Of a stretch of 64,000 bases of DNA, positions 55,798 through 64,000 are shown one piece after another. The stretch covers positions 1 to 64,000 of the forward strand of contig JAZSIR010000008.1 in NCBI GenBank assembly GCA_045533905.1, read 5' to 3'. The position numbers and the translations under genes are program-made. Source of the DNA: Clostridia bacterium. Its GTDB lineage: Bacteria > Bacillota > Clostridia > UMGS1883 > UMGS1540. The first letter of the stretch is position 1. Every line of letters begins with the position of its first letter. The notes under the pieces were generated by a model that was not told where the DNA came from, did not search any database, and saw only the letters and a program-made list of their open reading frames with translations.

Positions 55798-58700
55798 TTA
55801 GTCTATTTCTATTATACCATTATTTGCAAATAAGTAAATAACTTTTTGCGAAATTTCTGAAAAATATTTTTGCCCGAGCGCCATCGCGTACGCGTCCAGC
55901 TGTGCCTTATATTTTGCGACCATTTCCGCCTCCGATTTCGGTGCATCTGTCTTGTAGTCAAGAAGCACAATTTTGCCTTTTTCGAAGAAGAAGCAGTCGA
56001 TAATTCCCTGGACCACGATTTTTTCTGCCGCGTGTGCGGCATCGCCCGTGAGAATCGATGCCGGCACCGTTTCCGTAAACGGCATCTCACGAAAGACCTT
56101 TTCCGCGTGGCGGATGCGGCGCCCCATTTCTCCGTCCCAGAAAGCGAAAATGCGCTGTGTATCCACCGCTGCGGCCTCCTCGGGCGAAAGAATTTTTTCT
56201 TTCACGAGGCTTCCGATATACGCCGTCACATCCGCGTGGGTGCGGACGGTTTCATACGGAATATTCTGCATCACAAAATGCATAAGCGTGCCGTAGGCTG
56301 CCCCGCGGATGCCGCCTTTTGCACGGAAGCGCGGCTCCTTCAGTTCTATCGCTCTGTACAGCGGCAGGCTGATTTCATCGCCTTCCTCACGAAGGCGTTT
56401 GAATTCCGTAACGGAAATTTTGGAAGGTATCGTGCGGAGTTCGGGACGCGGATAGCGGTACTCGAGCACCTCGCGCACCTCTTTTGTCGGCGTAAGCGGC
56501 AAAACAGGCTTTCTCTTTTCTTCGTTCACTTCCTCCCCAAGGACCGTTTCAAAAGCTACGGCGACGCCTTCGGCATTGCCGCCGCTTTGCAGAAGCAGAG
56601 AAAGCGTGCTTTTCGCGTGCAGAATTTCTGATCGTGTAAGTGTTTTTCCCAAAAGGGCTACATTTTCTTCTTTTGCACTGCCGGTAATCACGAGGCGTTC
56701 TTTTGCGCGTGTGAGCGCTACATATAAAACGCGTAGTTCCTCGCCCATTTCATCATTTTGTTTCTGGAGCCGGATAGCCGTTTTAGCCGGCGTATCATAG
56801 CGAATCCGTCTTTTCGGATCAATGTGCGAAAGGCCTATACCGAGGTCCTTGTGCAGAAGGAATGCCCCCTGTACGGATTTTCGGTTGAAGAGCTTCCCTG
56901 TTCCCGCTAAAATCACAACCGGAAATTCCAGACCTTTGCTTTTATGAATACTCATAAGCCGTACGACATTCTCGCCCTCACCCACGAGCTTTGCTTCGCT
57001 CATATCCTCACCGCGCGAAGATACTCTTTCCATATACCGGAGAAAATGGAAAAGCCCACGGAACGAGGTTTTTTCAAACTGATGCGCTTTTTCAAAGAGA
57101 AGCTCAAGATTTGCACGTGCAATTTCGCCGCCGCGTGTACCGCTTACAAAAAGCAGATATCCCGTTTCATCGAACAGACGAAGAATGAGCGTGTCGGTCG
57201 GCAAAAAGGCCGCCTGCCGCCGCCATTTCCGTATTTTTCGCAGGAATGCTGCGCATTTTTTTCCAAGCTCTGTTTTTTCTTCGGCCGTTTTACACACAGC
57301 AAAATAGTAAAGATGCTTTCTGTCGCGAAGGCGAATCTGTGCAAGTTCATCCTCCGTAAAGCCGAAAAACGGCGCGCGCATGGAAGCGAGCAGCGGAATA
57401 TCGTCCTCGGGGTTATCAATAGTCCTGAGGAGCGACAAAAAGACGCTGACTTCCACCGTTTCGAGGTACCCACCGCCGATATCACAGTAGAGGGGAATCC
57501 CCGCCGCCTCACAAGCCGCACGAAGTGGCGCGGCCATATCACGGGCAGAGCGCATAATGACCGCAATATCGCGGTATTCTGCCTTTCGGTATGCACCTTT
57601 TTTAAGGTCATACACTTCTTTGGAAAGTGCCTCGCGGATTTTTTTCGTAATGAGCGCGGCCTCTGCCACAAGTCTCTCCGCCGCCGTATCCTCCGCCTTC
57701 GAAAGTGCAAATTCAATTCTGTTTTCCGTACTCTCCGGGTAATTTGCGCCGGGATTTAAGCGTTCGCTCTCCGTGTAGGCAATGCCGCCGAGAGATCGGT
57801 GCATAAGCGTTTCAAACACGGTGTTTACAAACGAGAGAATCTCCTTACGGCTTCTGAAATTACAGGTAAGTGCTACCTTGCGGTTTTGCCCCTCCTCCAA
57901 ATACGTATCGTTTTTGCGGATAAACAGCTCGGGGCTCGTTTTACGGAAGCCGTAAATGCTCTGCTTCATATCCCCTACCATAAACATATTCGGCGCGCCG
58001 ATGTTTTCGCCGGAAAGAAGCGTGAAGAGCTGCTCCTGCACATCGTTACTGTCCTGATACTCGTCAATATAAATTTCGTCGTACTTTTCCCTTAGTGCCT
58101 CAGCAATCGGCGAGGGCACTATACCTTCCTCCGTTTCCTTCGAAAGGAGGCGGATGGCAAGGTGCTCAAGGTCGCTGTAATCAAGAAGATTCTTCTCCTC
58201 TTTGAGGCGCGCATAGATCGCGGCGTACGTAAGCGTGTAGTCCGTAAGCGCCTTGATATGCGGCGCGGCATTTCGCATACTCTCCGCACATTCCCCTGCC
58301 GCAAGCGTGATGCTGCCTCGGATATCGGTTATCTTCTTTTTGATATCCTTTCTCTCTTCCTCTGCCAGCTCCGAAAGCGGCGTTTTGGCTTCCTTGCCGC
58401 GCTTTGCAGGGGAGAACATCGTAAAGGCATCCAGAAGGCCGTTCCAGCTGTCCGCGTGTTCTAAAAGTCCCATAAGTGCCGTGCGGTCTTTTTCAAAAGC
58501 ATCTGCATAGCTCGGGCACGCCGCATACTCCCTTGCCGCGCGGGCACATCTTTCGGCAAGGTCCCGGATTTCAAGGCGCACATTCTCTAAAATAGTACGC
58601 GCATATATGCTTTCGTTAAAATCTTTTTCCGTTTTGATATCATACAGTGCCGCCTTCTCGCGAAGCCATCCTTCGGGGTCCGGCATTCCTTCCGCGAAGG

Positions 58701-59232
58701 CGTAAAGACTCATCGCGTACTCACAAAGCACGCTGTCATCCCGAAGCGTACTGTAAGCACCGGCGAAATCCAGAAATTCTGTTTCCCCGCGCCTGTACAT
58801 TTCCTCGAGCGCCTCCTGTGCCGCCTCGGCACGAAGAAGATTTGCCTCCGTGCCGTCTGCAACACGGAATGCACCGTCCACGTCCGCTTCTGCAAAATGG
58901 GTGCGCAGAAGCTGCAGGCAAAAAGAGTCCATTGTGGTAATGGAAGCGGAACCAAGCAGTGCCGCCTGCCTCTGGAGATGTGTGTTTTCAGGTTCCTCCG
59001 AAAGGGCCTTTGTGAGATTCTCGGAAATACGCGCCCGCATTTCTGCGGCAGCGGCTTTTGTGAAAGTTACAACCAGAATGCGGTGAATATCGAGACCTTC
59101 CTCTAAAACGCGGCGCAGTATCCTCCCCGTAAGCACCTGTGTTTTGCCGCTCCCTGCGGCAGCGGAAACGAGGCAGTTGGCCTTTTCGCCGTATACAGCT
59201 TTTTTCTGTTCATCTGTCCAAGAAACGCTCAT
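55798..59232 (-). CDS. addA: Helicase-nuclease AddAB subunit A
   Basis: AAAGSGKT, DEYQD, VGDMKQSIYGFR, IHKSKGLEF, YVALTRA, GIID...LDYKT. Confidence 0.95.
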   Translation of the reverse strand: MSVSWTDEQKKAVYGEKANCLVSAAAGSGKTQVLTGRILRRVLEEGLDIHRILVVTFTKAAAAEMRARISENLTKALSEEPENTHLQRQAALLGSASITTMDSFCLQLLRTHFAEADVDGAFRVADGTEANLLRAEAAQEALEEMYRRGETEFLDFAGAYSTLRDDSVLCEYAMSLYAFAEGMPDPEGWLREKAALYDIKTEKDFNESIYARTILENVRLEIRDLAERCARAAREYAACPSYADAFEKDRTALMGLLEHADSWNGLLDAFTMFSPAKRGKEAKTPLSELAEEERKDIKKKITDIRGSITLAAGECAESMRNAAPHIKALTDYTLTYAAIYARLKEEKNLLDYSDLEHLAIRLLSKETEEGIVPSPIAEALREKYDEIYIDEYQDSNDVQEQLFTLLSGENIGAPNMFMVGDMKQSIYGFRKTSPELFIRKNDTYLEEGQNRKVALTCNFRSRKEILSFVNTVFETLMHRSLGGIAYTESERLNPGANYPESTENRIEFALSKAEDTAAERLVAEAALITKKIREALSKEVYDLKKGAYRKAEYRDIAVIMRSARDMAAPLRAACEAAGIPLYCDIGGGYLETVEVSVFLSLLRTIDNPEDDIPLLASMRAPFFGFTEDELAQIRLRDRKHLYYFAVCKTAEEKTELGKKCAAFLRKIRKWRRQAAFLPTDTLILRLFDETGYLLFVSGTRGGEIARANLELLFEKAHQFEKTSFRGLFHFLRYMERVSSRGEDMSEAKLVGEGENVVRLMSIHKSKGLEFPVVILAGTGKLFNRKSVQGAFLLHKDLGIGLSHIDPKRRIRYDTPAKTAIRLQKQNDEMGEELRVLYVALTRAKERLVITGSAKEENVALLGKTLTRSEILHAKSTLSLLLQSGGNAEGVAVAFETVLGEEVNEEKRKPVLPLTPTKEVREVLEYRYPRPELRTIPSKISVTEFKRLREEGDEISLPLYRAIELKEPRFRAKGGIRGAAYGTLMHFVMQNIPYETVRTHADVTAYIGSLVKEKILSPEEAAAVDTQRIFAFWDGEMGRRIRHAEKVFREMPFTETVPASILTGDAAHAAEKIVVQGIIDCFFFEKGKIVLLDYKTDAPKSEAEMVAKYKAQLDAYAMALGQKYFSEISQKVIYLFANNGIIEID

Positions 59233-62200
59233 ACTTCCGCCTCCATTCTGGCCCAGACTTCATCCGGTTTTTCCGGTGCAAGCTCGCGCCAGGCACTACC
59301 ATCGTGCCGGCAAAGTGCCGCGAATTTACAAAATGCACAGGCAGATTCCGTCTGCTTCCGGTACGGCGAAATATCTACTCTGCCCTCGGAAAGCGCTGTC
59401 AAAAGCGCTGTGACTGTCTTTTTTACGTGTTTGGAAAGAACCGCAAACTGCGCCGGGCTTGCCACATTTCCGGTAATACCTTTATCGGAAATACCTGCCG
59501 GAATAATCTGCGAGGTTCTTTCGATGCCGTGGTCCATTGCTCTTAAAACCTCTTCATCCTCAAGGAGAAGCCCGTCAAGCTTGAATTCCTTGCGACGAAG
59601 CATTTCGATCACCTCGTCTGCCTCATTCGGAGAAGCATCCACATTCGGGTCGATAAGCCGGAAATACAAAATTCCGGCAGGCTTTGCTTCCCCGCCTATC
59701 TTTTCTTCATTTTCAGGCGCGCAGAGCGCAGAAAGATACACCGCAAGCTGCAGATTCAGGCCCGCGTACACATCACTGAGACGAAAGGTTTTCGCGCCGG
59801 ATTTATAATCCAGAATCCGGACAAGCGCGCCGCCGTCGGGAAGGTGCAGCGCTTCTGCGCGGTCAATCCGCCCGACGAGTTTCACCGCACCTCCGGTGGG
59901 AAGCGGAATGGAAAGCGGCATAAGGTCGCCGTTTTCCGCAAAGGAAAGTTCATAACCGATAGGCGAAAAAGTACATTTTTGCATATGATACGTGAGCGTG
60001 CGGACGGCCGTTTTGCAGGCACGGCGAAGTCTCGCAAAAAGCTGGGCATACCGCGGCGAAACCTCCAGCATATAGGTACTGAGGCGTCTGTCAAGAAGCG
60101 GCACAATTTCGGAGAATTCCTTGTCGATGTACGCTTCCGTCACGGTTTGCCACGACTCGCCGTTTTCCGAAAGGCGCTTACCGAAAAGTTCCATAAAATC
60201 ATGCAGAAAACGCCCGGCATCGGACGCCGCGGGCTTCATAATCTTTCGTTCTTTTGCATCGAGCATATAGGCGGCAAAATGTGAGAACGGGCAAGCCGCC
60301 ATTTTTTCAAGGCGGGAAACACTGCTGTGCCCCACGCCACCCATAAACGCACGCACAGTTTCCGTCGAAAGCCGACCGGCGCGGTTTTGGTAAGATAGGC
60401 TCGCGAAAGCCGAGGCCGTTTTTTCCGGCTCGTTTTCGAGGAGCCAACCGTATGCCGCGCGCATTGCATCGCTCACTGTACCGCGACGGATATCTTCCAG
60501 AAGATGGCCTATAACGGCGCCCGGTGCCGATATTTTTTCCGTATCCGAAAGCCCTAAAAGGAGGTTTCGTTCCTCCATTTCGGGAAAAAGCTCCTCCACG
60601 CGCCGCCAGATGCGCGACGGGCGGATGGACCCTCCTTCCATACTCGCGCACGGATAACTCAATTCCAGTATTTCAGATGGAATGGTAAGACATTTATAGA
60701 TAAGGTGTTCTTCTTCGAAAAGTGTCTGATTCTCCGCATTCTTAAAGGCAAGCCCCGCCTCCGAAAGAGACATACGCTCCAGGTCGTTCAAAAGGCCGCC
60801 ACGTTCGAGCGGTGCGGGAAAAACGCCATCCTGCACGCCCAGAACCAAAAGCGCCTTTACGGCATAGCCCTTGATGCGGTCAATACTGCCGACGGAAATG
60901 CCGTCCTGTGCGGCGGGAATGATACCTGTTTTCACTTCCCCGAGTGCGGTGCAAAGCACCTCGTAAAGACGCGCAATGCCGATTTCTTCGTCACCAAAGG
61001 CATCGCAAACGCCGTCAAGCGCATCTATAAAATCATTATACACGCCTCTGTACTCTGCGGCAGTGGAGAAATCGCCTGCCTTTTCAAAAAGGCGCGAAAG
61101 CGCAAGAATACGGCGTTTCGCATGCATTTCCTCAAGGAAACTGTAGATCGCCTCGCACTTTTCTGCGGCCGTTTTCCCGGTTTTGAGGTTATCTTCCAGG
61201 CGCAGAAGCGGCGCAATGATCTTGCGGCGGGTACTGTCTGCAAGAGCTGCATCCTCTGCCACTTCCCCTTCGCGCTCGGAATACGCCTCCGCACGGAGAT
61301 TCCATTTTTCTTCATTTTTCCAGATGTCCCCGCGGATGCCGGTGGCAAGCACATAGTTTTCCAGTGCATCCACCGCATCGCTCTGAAGGCGTAAAAAGCC
61401 TGATTTTACATAGCGGAACACACTTTCATAGGTGTAGCCCTTGGTGATAAGTTCAAGCGCGGAAAGCACAAAAACGGTGAAGGGATGCTCTAAAATGTTG
61501 ATAGTGCGGTCCATAAAGAACGGAATGCCGTAGGCCGGAAAAACAGCGTCGATATACCGCTCGTACCCGCTTACATCGCGTGCCGTGACTGCAATATCAC
61601 GGAATAAATACCTCTTCTCGCGGCAAAGCTCCAGAATACGGCGTGCGACATTCTGCACCTCTCCGAGGGGATTTTGCGCCGCCACAAGGCGGAGACCTTC
61701 CGGCTTTTCGGGATATTCCTTTGTCGGATATGTAAAGTAATTTTCTTCTAAAAATGCAAGCGGGCGTGTGACCTCCCGCGGCTTATGCAGCACAACCGGA
61801 TCCTTAATTTCCGTGCCCGCATCGCGCGCAATCTGCATCAGCTGCCGCACCATTTTGGCATGCAGTGTGAAGGCCGCGGATTTTTCATCCTCGGGCGCGT
61901 AGCAAACGGTTACGGTGATACGGATGCCTGCCCGGAGCATCGCGCCGATAGCCGCAAATTCGGAAGCATCAAAGCCGTCAAACCTGTCAAGATACACCTC
62001 TGTGCCATCTAAAACATCGGTTTTCGGCAAAACAGCGGCGAAACGATAGAGTTCATCGTCTCTGTCCGAAAATTTGGCCTCTGTCTTTTTTTCATACGCT
62101 TCAAATAAAAGCGCAAGGTCGGAAAGCTTGGCCTTCATATGCGCAAGATTTTCCCCTGCCGCACGAAGATCCGCACCCCCTATGCCATAGCGCTTCATTT

Positions 62201-62567
62201 CGCCGAAAAGCTTTGCGAGTGCACTCGCAGACCCCTGCTTTTTGGAAAGCGGGCGCAAGACCGTAAGATTTTTGGCGTTATCCACTAAAATTTTCTGAAT
62301 CAGAATGGCTTTACTGCGGGAATCGAGGCGCGGAAGTGCCGCCCCCTCAGCCCCACGTAACACTTTATCGGCAAGACGGGCAAGGCTTAAAACCTCAACA
62401 CCCCCGAGGCCGTGCACATTCACAAGGTCACAAATCCGCTTTTCAGCCGTGAAGGTAAACTGCTCGGGCGTGACAAAAAAAACACGTTTTTCACCTGAAA
62501 GCGCTTCCCGTATGCAGAAGTCGGTTTTTCCGCTTCCGATTTTTCCGTAAATGAGCCTCAGCGACAT
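59229..62567 (-). CDS. addB: Helicase-nuclease AddAB subunit B
   Basis: GKIGSGKT, PEQFT, SVSRLE..ACPF, GRIDR, DYKSG, C-terminal CAFCKFAALC (Fe-S staple). Confidence 0.93.
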   Translation of the reverse strand: MSLRLIYGKIGSGKTDFCIREALSGEKRVFFVTPEQFTFTAEKRICDLVNVHGLGGVEVLSLARLADKVLRGAEGAALPRLDSRSKAILIQKILVDNAKNLTVLRPLSKKQGSASALAKLFGEMKRYGIGGADLRAAGENLAHMKAKLSDLALLFEAYEKKTEAKFSDRDDELYRFAAVLPKTDVLDGTEVYLDRFDGFDASEFAAIGAMLRAGIRITVTVCYAPEDEKSAAFTLHAKMVRQLMQIARDAGTEIKDPVVLHKPREVTRPLAFLEENYFTYPTKEYPEKPEGLRLVAAQNPLGEVQNVARRILELCREKRYLFRDIAVTARDVSGYERYIDAVFPAYGIPFFMDRTINILEHPFTVFVLSALELITKGYTYESVFRYVKSGFLRLQSDAVDALENYVLATGIRGDIWKNEEKWNLRAEAYSEREGEVAEDAALADSTRRKIIAPLLRLEDNLKTGKTAAEKCEAIYSFLEEMHAKRRILALSRLFEKAGDFSTAAEYRGVYNDFIDALDGVCDAFGDEEIGIARLYEVLCTALGEVKTGIIPAAQDGISVGSIDRIKGYAVKALLVLGVQDGVFPAPLERGGLLNDLERMSLSEAGLAFKNAENQTLFEEEHLIYKCLTIPSEILELSYPCASMEGGSIRPSRIWRRVEELFPEMEERNLLLGLSDTEKISAPGAVIGHLLEDIRRGTVSDAMRAAYGWLLENEPEKTASAFASLSYQNRAGRLSTETVRAFMGGVGHSSVSRLEKMAACPFSHFAAYMLDAKERKIMKPAASDAGRFLHDFMELFGKRLSENGESWQTVTEAYIDKEFSEIVPLLDRRLSTYMLEVSPRYAQLFARLRRACKTAVRTLTYHMQKCTFSPIGYELSFAENGDLMPLSIPLPTGGAVKLVGRIDRAEALHLPDGGALVRILDYKSGAKTFRLSDVYAGLNLQLAVYLSALCAPENEEKIGGEAKPAGILYFRLIDPNVDASPNEADEVIEMLRRKEFKLDGLLLEDEEVLRAMDHGIERTSQIIPAGISDKGITGNVASPAQFAVLSKHVKKTVTALLTALSEGRVDISPYRKQTESACAFCKFAALCRHDGSAWRELAPEKPDEVWARMEAEV

Positions 62568-63904
62568 ACCGTCTCTCCTTGTAAATTCCACGTTTTCGCC
62601 TCTGTGATTTTCACATCCAGAAGGCGCCCTGTAAGAGAAGCATCTCCCTCAAAGTTTACGATTTTTCCGCCTTCGGTGCGCCCGGTCATCTTGCGGACAT
62701 CCGTTTTACTATTCCCCTCGCAAAGAATGCGCACGGTTTTCCCGAGCAGCGCCGCATTTTTCTCATAGGAAATGCGGTTTTGCACTTCTAAAAGGCGCTC
62801 AAAATTCGCCTTCTTTTCTTCTTCCGTAAGGACATCCTGCATTTTTTCTGCAGGCGTTCCCTTTCTCGGAGAAAAGATGAAGGAGAAGAGTGCATCATAG
62901 CGTACCTCGTCGAGAAGTGAAAGCGTATCTTCAAATTCCGCTGTTGTTTCCCCCGGAAAGCCTACGATGATATCGGTTGTAATCGCAATGTCAGGCATAA
63001 GCTCCCGCGCTTTTGCGATAATGGAAAGATACTTTTCGCGCGTGTAGCGGCGGTTCATACTCTCTAAAATGCGGTTGTTCCCTGACTGCACGGGAAGGTG
63101 CAGGCATTTGCAAATATTTTCCCGCTCTGCCATAACCGATAAAACGGCGGGATTTAAATCCTTCGGGTGCGAGGTCATAAAGCGAATACGCGGAATCCCA
63201 GTGTCACTCACCCGGCGAAGGAGATTTGCAAATGCATCCCCGCCACCGCCGTAGGAATTGACATTCTGCCCGAGAAGCATAATTTCCTGATAGCCTTCTC
63301 TGCAAAGCGCTTCCACCTCGCGGAGAATATCTTCTTCTTTGCGGCTTCTTTCCCTGCCGCGCACATAGGGCACAATGCAATACGTGCAGAAATTATTGCA
63401 CCCGTACATCACCGGCACGCCCGTTTTGAAGGCCGAGGCGCGATAGGTGGGTAAATCTTCTGTTACGTGCCCTTCGGCATATTCTGTATCGAAAATACGC
63501 CCGCCTTCCGTCAGATGCCGATAAAGGAGGCGCGGAAGCGCATCGATATTATTGGCGCCAAAAACAATGTCAACGTGGCGGTAGACCGAGCGGAGCTTTT
63601 CGATGACGTGCTCCTCCCCCGTCATACACCCGCTCATTGCCACCACCAGGCCCGGCTTTTTCTCTTTCAGATGCTTGAAAACGCCGATGGTGCCAAAGGT
63701 TTTCATTTCCGCATTTTCGCGAATGGCGCAGGTGTTAAGAAGCACAAAATCCGCCTCTTCCGGGAAATCAGTCAATGCATATCCCATGGCGTAGAGAAGC
63801 CCCAGAAGCTTCTCCCCGTCATTTTCATTGAGCTGACATCCGAAAGTGCGGACGTATGCTTTTTTGTTATGTATTATTTTTTTGACTTCCGAAATGTAGT
63901 TCAT
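62558..63904 (-). CDS. miaB: tRNA i6A37 methylthiotransferase
   Basis: [36 protein letters not shown] domain. Confidence 0.94.
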   Translation of the reverse strand: MNYISEVKKIIHNKKAYVRTFGCQLNENDGEKLLGLLYAMGYALTDFPEEADFVLLNTCAIRENAEMKTFGTIGVFKHLKEKKPGLVVAMSGCMTGEEHVIEKLRSVYRHVDIVFGANNIDALPRLLYRHLTEGGRIFDTEYAEGHVTEDLPTYRASAFKTGVPVMYGCNNFCTYCIVPYVRGRERSRKEEDILREVEALCREGYQEIMLLGQNVNSYGGGGDAFANLLRRVSDTGIPRIRFMTSHPKDLNPAVLSVMAERENICKCLHLPVQSGNNRILESMNRRYTREKYLSIIAKARELMPDIAITTDIIVGFPGETTAEFEDTLSLLDEVRYDALFSFIFSPRKGTPAEKMQDVLTEEEKKANFERLLEVQNRISYEKNAALLGKTVRILCEGNSKTDVRKMTGRTEGGKIVNFEGDASLTGRLLDVKITEAKTWNLQGETVCR

Positions 63905-64000
63905 ACTGTGATTTCTCTCCTGCCATCCATTGCGCGGGCAAGCGTAATTTTATCTGCATATTCGAGGTCACTGCCCACCGGAATGCCGTGGGCAATTCTT
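63901..64000 (-). CDS. recR: RecR C-terminus (partial)
   Basis: Manual translation [32 protein letters not shown]. Confidence 0.9.
   Translation of the reverse strand, partial: RIAHGIPVGSDLEYADKITLARAMDGRREITV

Overview
A 64 kb chromosomal segment from an anaerobic Bacillota (Clostridia-type) bacterium. It opens with the last ~400 bp of an AT-rich integrated element ending in a tRNA-Pro(CGG) 3' fragment (att site). Next come an hfs-type sensory [FeFe]-hydrogenase operon carrying an inserted LDH/MDH-family gene, and a PHP-eda-kdgK cassette. The most unusual locus is a divergon at 9552-16456. A Leu T-box controls an apparently catalytically dead LeuA paralogue that keeps its leucine-binding domain, plus a degenerate TIM-barrel::acyl-CoA ligase fusion. 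A back-to-back Ile T-box controls an XRE-cupin::medium-chain acyl-CoA ligase fusion. I infer a system that salvages branched-chain fatty acids into Leu/Ile; this is untested. After it come orphan oadB/oadG, tRNA-fMet, a MITE-like element, an mtaB-to-cobO housekeeping operon, an AraC/FAD-oxidoreductase pair, and ~34 kb of mostly minus-strand core genes (hslO, ktr, infC-rpmI-rplT, VanW, dnaG-rpoD, xseAB, nusB, dxr, uppS, frr, pyrH, addAB, miaB, recR). No CRISPR array, rRNA or transposase was seen. All calls come from manual motif reading; no database search was run.
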